Source: Candidatus Shapirobacteria bacterium GW2011_GWF2_37_20
GTDB lineage: Bacteria; Patescibacteriota; Microgenomatia; UBA12405
Direction: 5' to 3'
NCBI GenBank assembly: GCA_000989305.1
Contig: LBTB01000001.1
Location: forward strand, 2,104-66,103
Length of the DNA stretch: 64,000 nucleotides
Made by a program: the position numbers and the translations under genes. Every line of letters begins with the position of its first letter. Position 1 is the stretch's first letter. Of the stretch, positions 48,575 through 57,901 are shown one piece after another. The notes below the pieces were generated by a model. It was not told the origin of the DNA. It saw only the letters and a list, made by a program, of their open reading frames with translations, and searched no databases.

Positions 48575-51153
48575 AGCAAAAATTTTTTTTATTTATTTTG
48601 GCATTTTGTTTAAGTTTTATTTTTTTTGCTAAAGATTCCCGAGCGGCTTGTTGGCATTGTAGTGGTTATTATTGTGTAAATAGTGGCACCTTTGATTGTG
48701 GGAGTTGTAGTAAAGATTCTGATTGTTATAAAGATTGTCCGGCTTATAGAACTTGTGATGCTGGTGCTTGTATAACCAATTCTGGATACAGAACAACACC
48801 TAGTGCTACGTGTAAAACAAGTACCTGTTCAACTAGCGCAAATTGTTACACACCGAGTAATACTCCGGCGCCAACTGCAGTGCCAACTCCCTGTTTAAAA
48901 ACTTGTTCTTATAAATATTGTTCAGGTTCAAGTTGTTTAAGTGGAGGTTCGACAATACTTTGTTCACAAACTTGTCCGGCAAGCACTTGTACGGATAATG
49001 CCAGTTGTTCGTGTTCGCCTGGTTGCTGGGATTGTGCAACTGGTTGTTGTAACAGTCCTGATTGTTATGGAGGAAGTAGTTGTAAAACGTGTCCAACTTC
49101 AGCGCCGGTGCCAACCTTGGTCCCAACAATAACACCTGGAGGACCAACTCCGGCGTGTGATTTAAGTAATAACAATTTTTGCAACGTACCATTTCCAGAT
49201 TGTTATTATTCTTGTTTACCTTGTGCGGCAACAGACATAGGCTTGCATGTGGTTAGACAAAAAACAACGCAATGTTATGATACTTGTTCTCCTTTAGCTA
49301 ATAAATGTTACGATAGTACTCCGCTTACATATGACGCACCGTTGCAATGTGGTTATTGCGATGATATTGCATATCCGACTGGGTGTCAGCCGTACACGTG
49401 TTACCCGGCACCAGATCCAGTTTGTCCGGGTTTTTATCCGGCGACAACTTGTACCAGTAGTGGTGGTATAGGTAATTGTGATAATTGTGGTGGTATGGAT
49501 TGTGGATATTGTCCGGGGGTGGGGGTGTTACCGACACCAACGCCACTTCCAGGTGGAGTGACTGTATCTTGTAACTGTTCTGATTATTTCAGTACGGCAT
49601 TAACGGTGTGTGATTCAACCACTTTCCTTTGTCCTGGTTCCAATCCGGCAATTTATTGTTATGGTTTGGCGGGATGTAATATTCCGATTTTGGGAAATGT
49701 GGTGATAGATAATGCTGATTCGGTAGCAGTAACAGCAGATGCCAGTAACCGTAATCATATTTGCGAAGATACTTTTGTGGGCGCTTCCCTGCCCCGGAGA
49801 GTAATTGTTGAGGCGAATGTGAGTGACGGAGACGGTTATGCTGACATTAGTACGGTACAGTTGAGGTGGAACGGGACGATTTATAATATGAGTTTTGTGT
49901 CCGGATCAATTAATTCGGCTACTTATAGAGCAGTAATTGATTTTAGTGGGGCACAGAATAGTGGCGGAACTTATGCTTGGGAATTTAACATGGTTGATGC
50001 TGATGGTAACACTAGTGGTTGGGAAGACAGTATCAGGAGTTTTAAGGCCTGGGATTGTTTGGTCCCAGTATCAGGAATACTTTATGATGGCAGTGCTGGA
50101 CAGGCGTGTAATAATACCGGATTTACCACGATAATAATTAATGCTACCGGATTTAGAGAGATGTTATACAGTAATAGTTTAGGGGTAAATGATGTGGCCT
50201 TTGTGGTATCTCCTCCTGCTAATTATGGAAGTGCTAGTTTAACTTGGGGACAGACTTATTTGCCATTAATTAACGGCGGCGATGTGAGTAATTTGAACGG
50301 TGATTTGACGGCAACAGGAAGATTTACCCGGATTATTGATGAGGGAGTGGGAACGACCTCCTGTCCGGTCAACAGCCAGTTTAATATTGGTACTTATGTG
50401 TCGGCTTATGGTTTGACTCCAAGGGCAAAAGTGGATATGTCCTTTATTCGTGACCAGGAAGCTTGGTTTCAAGTGGGAGGAGCCGGAGTAAAGGCAAAGA
50501 TGGATATCGACAGCGGAGTGCCGGCAACCATGTTACCGCTTAGTTCCCGGGCTTTAAGCGTTTCCGGGATTAATGCCAATAATGGATTGATTTCGTACGG
50601 AGGAAACTTTAGCAATATTAACGGATTTAATGACTCGAGTGCTTATGGAAGCCCTAATAATTGGTATGTAAATGTAAATACAAATAATTTGAGTAATTAT
50701 AGTTATCAATATTTTTATAATACTTTTTACGTTAACGGCGGAATTGGGGTGACCGGAACAAGTTGGAATGATCATCCGAGTGAGGGGGTATATTTTGTAA
50801 ACGGGGACATGATTGTTAATAGTGATTTTGCCTTAGCTTCAGGTAAAACATTAATAGTAATTGTTAGAGGAAAAATTAGTATTGGCAGTAATGTTAACCA
50901 GGTTGATGGAATATTTATTGCTGATGGAAACAGTAGTGATTCGGTGGGAATTGAGGTTGGAGGAACTTCAGATACTCAATTGTTGATTAATGGATCTTTG
51001 TATTCCAGAAAGGCAATAAGACTTTACAGAAGTTTTACAGACAAAATAGTAAATAATACGGTTCCGGCAGTAGTGATTAAATATAATCCTAACTTATTAT
51101 TTAATATGCCCGGATCTTTGATGAGGGTGCTAAGCGGCTGGAGGGAGGAGTAA
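48571..51153 (+). CDS. Large secreted Cys-rich protein, candidate pilus-associated adhesin
   Basis: Signal peptide, four Cys-rich blocks split by P/T linkers, Ig-like middle, C-terminal beta-rich domain ending WREE. Confidence 0.8.
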   Translation: MKQKFFLFILAFCLSFIFFAKDSRAACWHCSGYYCVNSGTFDCGSCSKDSDCYKDCPAYRTCDAGACITNSGYRTTPSATCKTSTCSTSANCYTPSNTPAPTAVPTPCLKTCSYKYCSGSSCLSGGSTILCSQTCPASTCTDNASCSCSPGCWDCATGCCNSPDCYGGSSCKTCPTSAPVPTLVPTITPGGPTPACDLSNNNFCNVPFPDCYYSCLPCAATDIGLHVVRQKTTQCYDTCSPLANKCYDSTPLTYDAPLQCGYCDDIAYPTGCQPYTCYPAPDPVCPGFYPATTCTSSGGIGNCDNCGGMDCGYCPGVGVLPTPTPLPGGVTVSCNCSDYFSTALTVCDSTTFLCPGSNPAIYCYGLAGCNIPILGNVVIDNADSVAVTADASNRNHICEDTFVGASLPRRVIVEANVSDGDGYADISTVQLRWNGTIYNMSFVSGSINSATYRAVIDFSGAQNSGGTYAWEFNMVDADGNTSGWEDSIRSFKAWDCLVPVSGILYDGSAGQACNNTGFTTIIINATGFREMLYSNSLGVNDVAFVVSPPANYGSASLTWGQTYLPLINGGDVSNLNGDLTATGRFTRIIDEGVGTTSCPVNSQFNIGTYVSAYGLTPRAKVDMSFIRDQEAWFQVGGAGVKAKMDIDSGVPATMLPLSSRALSVSGINANNGLISYGGNFSNINGFNDSSAYGSPNNWYVNVNTNNLSNYSYQYFYNTFYVNGGIGVTGTSWNDHPSEGVYFVNGDMIVNSDFALASGKTLIVIVRGKISIGSNVNQVDGIFIADGNSSDSVGIEVGGTSDTQLLINGSLYSRKAIRLYRSFTDKIVNNTVPAVVIKYNPNLLFNMPGSLMRVLSGWREE

Positions 51154-51155
51154 AG

Positions 51156-51953
51156 ATGAAATTAAAAAAGATGATAAGTAATTATAAAAGAGGGCAAGTG
51201 GCCATAATTGTGTTGTTGGTTTCGGCAATGATGATGACCTTGGGATTGTCGCTATCTAAAAAGGCAACCACAGAAACCAGAATTGACATTAATGAAGAGT
51301 TACTGAAGAAAGCTTTTAATGCGGCAGAATCTGGAATTGATTATTATCTGGGAACTGGCAACCTTACTTATAATGCGCCAGACAATTTATCTTCAGCCGA
51401 GATAACAGCCAGGGACATTACTGGTGAGGGTAACATTTTGGATTTTGGAGAGTATGTACCAATTAACGGATCCGAATTTTATTGGCTAGTAAACCATTTG
51501 GATAATGGGGATATTGGGGTGACTTATTACGGAGCGGCAACGGTGAATGTGTGTGGCACCGGATTTACGGGATCGATGGAGATAAATTATTTTTATAAAA
51601 CAGGAGCGGAATATGGTGTCAACAGGTATGGCTATAATTTCAGCAGTGATGTAACTAAGCAGGTAAATGGTTTTACGGCCGGAACCGGAGGTTGTGCCAC
51701 TATAAACATTGTTAACAGTCCAATTTTGATTACGGTTACTCCCATTTTTAATGGGGGGAGGTTTTATTTGAGTGGTTCGGGTACTTTTCCAATTCAGGGG
51801 GTGGAGATAAGCTCGAGAGGAAGATCGGGAGGAGTGTCGGTGGATGTTTCCGAAACTCAGGCAAATAAAAAATTAATAGTGTTGCGACGTTATAAGATCC
51901 CCTCTTTTATGTTGTCAGGAGTAGTTTCTGAAACTTCGGTATTGAGCGATTAG
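51156..51953 (+). CDS. PilX-like minor pilin
   Basis: KRG|QVAII (no Glu5), AFNAAESGID. Confidence 0.82.
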   Translation: MKLKKMISNYKRGQVAIIVLLVSAMMMTLGLSLSKKATTETRIDINEELLKKAFNAAESGIDYYLGTGNLTYNAPDNLSSAEITARDITGEGNILDFGEYVPINGSEFYWLVNHLDNGDIGVTYYGAATVNVCGTGFTGSMEINYFYKTGAEYGVNRYGYNFSSDVTKQVNGFTAGTGGCATINIVNSPILITVTPIFNGGRFYLSGSGTFPIQGVEISSRGRSGGVSVDVSETQANKKLIVLRRYKIPSFMLSGVVSETSVLSD

Positions 51954-51967
51954 GTAATATACGTATT

Positions 51968-52016
51968 TGTTACATATGTCACATAGTATTGATTTTGGCG
52001 CATCTTATGGTAAAAT
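51968..52016 (+). promoter_or_regulatory. Palindromic operator plus sigma70-type promoter
   Basis: TGTTACATATGTCACA (14/16 palindromic) then TTGATT-16 nt-TAAAAT with extended TG. Confidence 0.55.
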
Positions 52017-52193
52017 ATAAATATCGTGGTTGTCGAAAATGCTCGATAATTATACGATAGCTCTTTTAAATACAGGTTGATTCTCAACCAGAAAGGAGAA
52101 ATATTTTCCAAAACTTGCTATTAGATTTATAGCTTTTTATAAATAACTAAAAACTATAAGTCTGTTTTTATTCTCCCGAGTGTATGTCGCCAT

Positions 52194-52460
52194 ATGCTCA
52201 CCAGAAAAAGAAAGATTAGGGAAACTGTGAACGATCCTGGTGGTCGCAACGTTGCTTTGTATGATCGGAGCATGGGAGAACTCGGTAATGGAATTGACCG
52301 GGGTATCTCTCGACTCAATGAAGATGGAAGTTCTCACAATACTGTGAGTGGTGATGGTCAACATTTCTCCTGGGATCAGTCAAGAAGTGGTGACGTTAGT
52401 GGAATGCATTTTCGTGATGATCAAGCTCGAGGCGAAGGCCGCTTTCCTTTTGGTCATTAA
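52194..52460 (+). CDS. Hypothetical Gly/Asp/Ser-rich protein
   Basis: 88-aa ORF between a structured leader and a long downstream hairpin. Confidence 0.55.
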   Translation: MLTRKRKIRETVNDPGGRNVALYDRSMGELGNGIDRGISRLNEDGSSHNTVSGDGQHFSWDQSRSGDVSGMHFRDDQARGEGRFPFGH

Positions 52461-52484
52461 CGCTAAATTTTTTCCACATTAAAT

Positions 52485-52547
52485 AACCACGGGGCCATTT
52501 GAGCGCACTTTGGTGCTGTTTTTTCTCATTTGGTTCCCGTGGTTTTA
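52485..52547 (+). terminator. Long imperfect hairpin, probable terminator or structured RNA
   Basis: AACCACGGG..CCA.TTGAG / CTCAT.TGG..CCCGTGGTT with inner GCAC-TTTG-GTGC. Confidence 0.55.
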
Positions 52548-52564
52548 GTTGTTAAAATAAACTT

Positions 52565-52954
52565 ATGATTACTATTTGTTCTAATAAAAAAGGTATTACC
52601 ATAGACTTTCCTGCAAAAATTTTTAAGGATTATTTAGTTAAGATTGGTAAAGATAGTGGTGAGATTTTGGATGATGTAGACATAGATAAGATATTAGTAT
52701 GGACATATGATGATTTTACGGCTGGTAAAAATTCGCTTGATGATTTGTCCGATATTTGTAACTATTTACATACTTTGTTAAAAGTATCTAATTATTCTGA
52801 TTTAGAGAAAGCATTGCATTACGGTTCTGAGTTAAGTTTTTATATTAGAGATATAAAAACAAGAACAGACAGTTTTGTATCTGAATCAATGGTTATTCTT
52901 AAGGAATATATTGAAAAAATAAGGAACATAGAAAAATGTGAGGAAAATAAATGA
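52565..52954 (+). CDS. Hypothetical protein (low GC)
   Basis: 129-aa ORF, TGtTAAAAT 6 nt before ATG. Confidence 0.65.
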   Translation: MITICSNKKGITIDFPAKIFKDYLVKIGKDSGEILDDVDIDKILVWTYDDFTAGKNSLDDLSDICNYLHTLLKVSNYSDLEKALHYGSELSFYIRDIKTRTDSFVSESMVILKEYIEKIRNIEKCEENK

Positions 52955-54125
52955 ATTACAGAAATTATATATAGAGGCTGAAAAACGATTTATAGCTAGT
53001 CATTTAGATTTTGATCGAAAAAATCTTTATCGGACTATTGACATTTTATATAGAAAATCCAAAGAAAATTATTTGAAGTTGTCTAATCCAAAAACTTGCA
53101 GTGAAGCACTCTATGCGGATATCTGGATATGGCAGGAGATTGGCGACAAAATTGCCAGAGAAAGCGTTGGTAAAGCATTTAAACTCGACAATCCCCCATC
53201 GGAACATAAGGCTTCAGCTGAATTCTGTAAAAGATATCCAAGTGAATTAATTAAAAAAATTAAAAAGAATGCAAGTTGTTTTGACTGGAAGGATATGGAT
53301 GAAAAATTTATCGCAATGGTAAAAGAAAGAAATAAGTTTTCATTAAGTAAGGGATATGTTTCGAGATTAGATATGTATCAAAAAAATGATAAGATTCCAA
53401 AGTCAGAATATAAAAGATTTTTGGAAAAGATAGACGAGGTAATTTATAAGAGCAATGAGAAGTTGTCTGCTTTATTAAAGGCAGGCGATATGACGATTGA
53501 TAAACATTGTTTTATTTGTGAGCTTGAGCCATTTCCTTTCAAGAATATAAAGGAACTACTAGCATTGTTTGAGAAAAAAAATCCAATCTTACATAAAAAT
53601 ATAGGTAAAATTAATATTTCTCTTGGGGAATATTCGGAAAGCAAATATGTGAAGGAAAGTGACTCTTTTAAAATAATACTGGACAAAAATATTAAAATTA
53701 ATCACCAGAAAATGGATTTAATTCATGAATTGGCACATGTTGTGTCATATTTGAAGAGTTTTAAAAAAGGTGAAAATATTTTGAAAAATGGAAGATATTT
53801 TCGAGAAAAATCAGCCATAGAGATTGAAATTAAATTTTTGGAAAAGTATTTTCCTGACTTATTTTTAGCTAAAATTGGTAATATCTTGTATAACCTACCG
53901 CAAACGCTTTTTGAAATTGAACTATATCAAAAACCAAATAGAAACCAAGGTGAGGTATATGCCAAATGCTTAAATAGATGTTATGCCAATCTCAAACAGG
54001 AAATAAATAGAGATTATCTTTTAAATGAAGATATTTTATATGGTAATTTTTTGTGGCTACCTTATGCAGTAGCATACACAAATGCTTTGTCTGATTTTTT
54101 TATAAAGGGATTTAATGTTGGGTGA
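52938..54125 (+). CDS. HExxH zincin-like protein (M3-peptidase-like), low GC
   Basis: LIHELAHV, downstream E (FREKSA), LFEIELY; GTG start. Confidence 0.65.
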   Translation: MRKINELQKLYIEAEKRFIASHLDFDRKNLYRTIDILYRKSKENYLKLSNPKTCSEALYADIWIWQEIGDKIARESVGKAFKLDNPPSEHKASAEFCKRYPSELIKKIKKNASCFDWKDMDEKFIAMVKERNKFSLSKGYVSRLDMYQKNDKIPKSEYKRFLEKIDEVIYKSNEKLSALLKAGDMTIDKHCFICELEPFPFKNIKELLALFEKKNPILHKNIGKINISLGEYSESKYVKESDSFKIILDKNIKINHQKMDLIHELAHVVSYLKSFKKGENILKNGRYFREKSAIEIEIKFLEKYFPDLFLAKIGNILYNLPQTLFEIELYQKPNRNQGEVYAKCLNRCYANLKQEINRDYLLNEDILYGNFLWLPYAVAYTNALSDFFIKGFNVG

Positions 54126-54160
54126 TTGAGGGGAAAGATTAAATAGCATATACTTAAATA

Positions 54161-55189
54161 ATGAGTGATATTATTGGGGTTGATTTAGGACTGGGAAGTA
54201 TTAAAGTAGTGGCCTTGAATAAAGGTCAGGATAAGTTTACTTTGGCGGCAATTGGAGAAGTCAAGACTCCAAACGGTGAGTGGATGAAATCGGGGGCAAC
54301 TAAAAAAAATGTAGAAGAAGTGGCGATAACTTTAAAAAGCTTGATTAAAGATTTGAAGCTTGGTAACAGACAAGCGGTAGTGGCTTTGCCGGAGTACGAA
54401 ATTGTCAGCCGCTTAGTATCATTACCGCCTTTAAAAGAAAGTGAGATTAAAGATGCCTTAAAGTTTGAAGCGGAGACCTTTGTCCCCTACCCTTTAGATA
54501 AGGTGTCAATTGATTATGAGGTGATTGAGGAAGATGAGGCGGGACGTTTGACGGTGTTTGCGATTGCCGCCAGAAATGATTTGATTGCCAATTACGTTAA
54601 GATATTTAGGGAAGCAGGTTTGGAATTGTTAGCAATTGAATCACCGGCGGTATCAATGCGACGGGTATTAAAACAAATTGCCACGGCTTCTGAGGCAACT
54701 ATGGTGGTGGATATCGGACAAAAGTATTCCGATATCATTGGTTTCAAAAGCGGTAATATTTATTTTGCCAGATCGATGTCGGTTGGAGGCGAATCTCTGA
54801 CCAGAGCAATTTCAGTTAATCTTGGTTTAGATGAGGCCTCAGCTGAGGAATATAAGAAAGCCTATGGTATAAAAGAAATGGAACTTGAGGGTAAAATCAA
54901 GAATGCTATTATGCCGGTTTTCAACAGTATGGCTGAAGAAATTCGACGGGCAATGGCTTTGTATGCGGAAAGTAATAATAAGACAATTGAGCTTTTAGTT
55001 TTAAGTGGAGGCGGAGCAAAAATGCCGGGTCTGGCCGAGGAACTAACTAGATTGTTGGGAATTGAAGTTCAAGTGATTCAGCCTTTTTTAAAAATTGACA
55101 GTCAACAAATTGTGGCCCCGATTGATTTGGGGGTTGAAGGTTATAGGTTTTCCACTGCAGTGGGATTGGCGCTGAGAGACATGGTATGA
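54161..55189 (+). CDS. pilM: Type IV pilus assembly protein PilM
   Basis: IGVDLG..SIK, VVDIG, AEEYKK, LSGGGA, AVGLALR actin-like motifs. Confidence 0.93.
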   Translation: MSDIIGVDLGLGSIKVVALNKGQDKFTLAAIGEVKTPNGEWMKSGATKKNVEEVAITLKSLIKDLKLGNRQAVVALPEYEIVSRLVSLPPLKESEIKDALKFEAETFVPYPLDKVSIDYEVIEEDEAGRLTVFAIAARNDLIANYVKIFREAGLELLAIESPAVSMRRVLKQIATASEATMVVDIGQKYSDIIGFKSGNIYFARSMSVGGESLTRAISVNLGLDEASAEEYKKAYGIKEMELEGKIKNAIMPVFNSMAEEIRRAMALYAESNNKTIELLVLSGGGAKMPGLAEELTRLLGIEVQVIQPFLKIDSQQIVAPIDLGVEGYRFSTAVGLALRDMV

Positions 55190-55743
55190 AAACGGGAGAC
55201 AGTTCACATCTAAATTTGTTACCAAGTCAGGCAAAGTTTCAGGCAGCCAGAATGAAACTCCAGGCAACCTTGAGACAATACATGTCTTTGGTGGTGGTTT
55301 TTTGGGTGGCTATGGTAGTAGTAGTTGCGGCTTTATATTTTGGAAGCGAATTTATTTTGAATTTACAAAATAAGAAGTATGACCAGGCGATGAATAGTTA
55401 TGGAAGCTTGTCACAGGAGATTGTAGTAAATCAATTGTTAAAATATAGGGCCAAAATTTTAGGACAAGTTCTTAAGGACCGTTTTGAATATTCTTTTGCT
55501 TTTGAAAAAATTAATTCAATTTTTGAACAAAGGGCTACGGTGTCAAATTTTGAGATTAGTGAAAACAGGGACTTTGTGGTTGAAGTTGAAACTACGGACA
55601 GGGAAGGGGTGAATTTTGTTGAGGATAAAGTGGCGGAAATTAATAAAGGAAATGACGAGGGAGTAAAAAGTGTTAAGCTTTTGGGTGCAAGTTATATGAT
55701 AAATGGTGTTTGGAGTATAAATATGGAGGTGAAGCTGAAATGA
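55186..55743 (+). CDS. pilN: PilN-like protein
   Basis: LNLLP motif before a TM; follows pilM. Confidence 0.8.
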   Translation: MKTGDSSHLNLLPSQAKFQAARMKLQATLRQYMSLVVVFWVAMVVVVAALYFGSEFILNLQNKKYDQAMNSYGSLSQEIVVNQLLKYRAKILGQVLKDRFEYSFAFEKINSIFEQRATVSNFEISENRDFVVEVETTDREGVNFVEDKVAEINKGNDEGVKSVKLLGASYMINGVWSINMEVKLK

Positions 55744-56495
55744 CAAAGGGATTAAATTTACCGGATAAAATTTTTGGAATTGATAGTCGGATTTTATTAT
55801 TATGGTTGCAACCACTCGGATTACTTTTAATCATAATAGTGAGCGTGTTGACGGTGATGTTGCCCAAAATTGATGAAATATCAGAAAAAATGAAGGAAAT
55901 AAAGGCAGTTACCAGTAAAACTGTGGAAGTGAATCAAAAAAGGACTTATTTGCAAACAGTTGATCAGGGAGAAACTTTAAATAATGCCAAAAAATTAGCT
56001 GACGCTTTGTTGCCGGAAAGAAACTCCTATTTACTGGTCAGAATAATTAGGGATGCGGCGGCACAGAGTGGCTATAATGTTGACGATTTTTCAATTAGCA
56101 TGGGAGATGTTAAAAACGAGGAAGTTAAAAAAGATAATAGTAATTACGACAAGATACCGGTCAGCATTACTTTGATTGGGCCAGCTGATAATTATATTAG
56201 TTTGGTTAAAGCCATTGAAAGAACTTTGCCGATAATGTCGATTGATAACTTTGAAATGAGGTCGCAAAACGGAGTGGCTACAATTAGATTAAACGTGATG
56301 GCATATTATTTGCGGGATATTTCGAATTTAAAAATAGAGAATCTGACTTTAGGAGATTTAACTCCCAGTCAGGATGAGGCGACCTTATTGTCCACTATTA
56401 ATGAATATCAAACAATGGTGGTTGAGGGTGGTTTAAATGAGAGTGGAGATGATTTTGTTAGGTACGAGAGACAGGATCCTTTTTCTACTCTTTGA
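55740..56495 (+). CDS. pilO: PilO-like protein
   Basis: TM, coiled coil, ALLP, ferredoxin-like core, RQDPF end; follows pilN. Confidence 0.75.
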   Translation: MTKGLNLPDKIFGIDSRILLLWLQPLGLLLIIIVSVLTVMLPKIDEISEKMKEIKAVTSKTVEVNQKRTYLQTVDQGETLNNAKKLADALLPERNSYLLVRIIRDAAAQSGYNVDDFSISMGDVKNEEVKKDNSNYDKIPVSITLIGPADNYISLVKAIERTLPIMSIDNFEMRSQNGVATIRLNVMAYYLRDISNLKIENLTLGDLTPSQDEATLLSTINEYQTMVVEGGLNESGDDFVRYERQDPFSTL

Positions 56496-56718
56496 TTTGA
56501 AGAATGTAGCGGAGTTCGGGGAAGGCCAGATTTAGTAGGGTGCGGATAGATTTTATGATTTTACCTTCTTTGCCAATAATTTGACCGACCATTTCTGGAG
56601 GAGCCGAAACTTCAATGATGGTAAGTTGATTTTCTTCGCGAGACTCAATAACAACATTTTTGTCGTCAGTGACAATGGCTTTGATAATATACTCGGCGGC
56701 TTGCTTAATATCGGTCAT
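56485..56718 (-). CDS. khpA: KH-domain RNA-binding protein KhpA
   Basis: GQIIGKEGKIIKSIRTLL; follows rpsP. Confidence 0.9.
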   Translation of the reverse strand: MTDIKQAAEYIIKAIVTDDKNVVIESREENQLTIIEVSAPPEMVGQIIGKEGKIIKSIRTLLNLAFPELRYILQIKE

Positions 56719-56720
56719 AT

Positions 56721-57209
56721 TTATTCTTTGTTTTCAGGAATTTCTTCTTTAACTGCTTCGATTTCTGCCTCGGCTGGTTTTTCACCTGCTTCGACTGGAG
56801 TTTCAGTTGCTTTTTCGTTTACTTCAGTTTTAGTTTCAATTTCTACTTCTGCCTCGGCTGGTTTTTCACCTGCTTCGACTGGAGTTTCAGATGCTTCAGT
56901 TTTGGTTTCAATTTTTACTTCTGTTTTCTTCTCAGGAGCTTTTTCGGCTTTTTCAATTTTTTTGTTTTTCTTTTTTCGGGGGTATTTATCTGGATTTAAG
57001 AGTTTGTCGACACCTTCGGTTAATTGAGCTCCGTTTTTTAGCCACTGAGCCATTTTTTCCTTATCGATTTGGAGAGTTTTGGTTTGGGGGGTATAAAAAC
57101 CAATGTCGTCGATAAACTTACCATTGGACTTGCTCCGATCTGGAGAAATAACGATACGGAAGCTTCTTTGGTGAATTTTACCGGTTGGTTTTAATTTGAT
57201 TTTTAGCAT
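56721..57209 (-). CDS. rpsP: 30S ribosomal protein S16 with acidic repeat extension
   Basis: MLKIKL..GK...FRIV, GFY.P, WLKNGAQ.T. Confidence 0.93.
   Translation of the reverse strand: MLKIKLKPTGKIHQRSFRIVISPDRSKSNGKFIDDIGFYTPQTKTLQIDKEKMAQWLKNGAQLTEGVDKLLNPDKYPRKKKNKKIEKAEKAPEKKTEVKIETKTEASETPVEAGEKPAEAEVEIETKTEVNEKATETPVEAGEKPAEAEIEAVKEEIPENKE
56763..56890 (-). repeat. Exact 44-bp direct repeat (period 84 bp) in the S16 tail
   Basis: 56763-56806 equals 56847-56890, encoding ETPVEAGEKPAEAE. Confidence 0.9.
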
Positions 57210-57217
57210 GGCTTCGA

Positions 57218-57901
57218 TTATACAATAATATTGGCAGCTTTGGTAGCGGCATCTTCCTCAGCTCTTTGTTTAGAATTACCCGAACCTTTAGCAATAAGTT
57301 CGTCATTAATATAAAGGCCGACTTCAAAGATTTTTTGGTGATCTGGGCCAAGCTCGGAAATGGTTGAGTATCGGGGGGTGACTCCCCTCTTTGACTGGGC
57401 GATTTCCTGAAAGATACTTTTAGCGTCTTTATAAATGTCTTTTTTAGAAATGGTGTCGATATTTTTCCCCATAAATTTGGTTAAAAACTTGTCGACAGTC
57501 TGGTAGTCCTGATCAAGGTGAATAGCTCCGATAATACTTTCAAAAGTATCAGCTAAAAGTGAGATGTTCTCGCGGCCACCGTGAGTTTCCTCGCCCCGAC
57601 TGAGGAGAATAAAGGAACCAAGATTGAGACTGTTTCCAATTTCAGCTAAATTTTGAGTACAAACTACCAGACTACGAAGATTGGTTAGCTGGCCTTCGTC
57701 AAAGTCGGGAAATTTGGTAAAGAGTTTTTGAGAAGACCAATATTCTAAAATAGCATCGCCTAAAAACTCCAAGCGTTCATTGCTGTGTTTTAATTGGCGA
57801 TTTTCATTGAGATAAGAACGGTGAGTTAAGGCTAAAACTAATTTTTGGGGATCTTTAAATTTAATTCCAATTTTTTTTTGAAGTTCGTCAATTTTATCCA
57901 T
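57218..57901 (-). CDS. rnc: Ribonuclease III
   Basis: ALTHRSY, NERLEFLGDA, ADTFESIIGA, dsRBD. Confidence 0.97.
   Translation of the reverse strand: MDKIDELQKKIGIKFKDPQKLVLALTHRSYLNENRQLKHSNERLEFLGDAILEYWSSQKLFTKFPDFDEGQLTNLRSLVVCTQNLAEIGNSLNLGSFILLSRGEETHGGRENISLLADTFESIIGAIHLDQDYQTVDKFLTKFMGKNIDTISKKDIYKDAKSIFQEIAQSKRGVTPRYSTISELGPDHQKIFEVGLYINDELIAKGSGNSKQRAEEDAATKAANIIV

Noticed and set aside
3801-49546. Many antisense or shadow ORFs in the track (e.g. 3801-4241, 13267-13716, 15281-15730, 48833-49231)
   Set aside because: They overlap well-supported genes on the other strand or frame and have no motifs.
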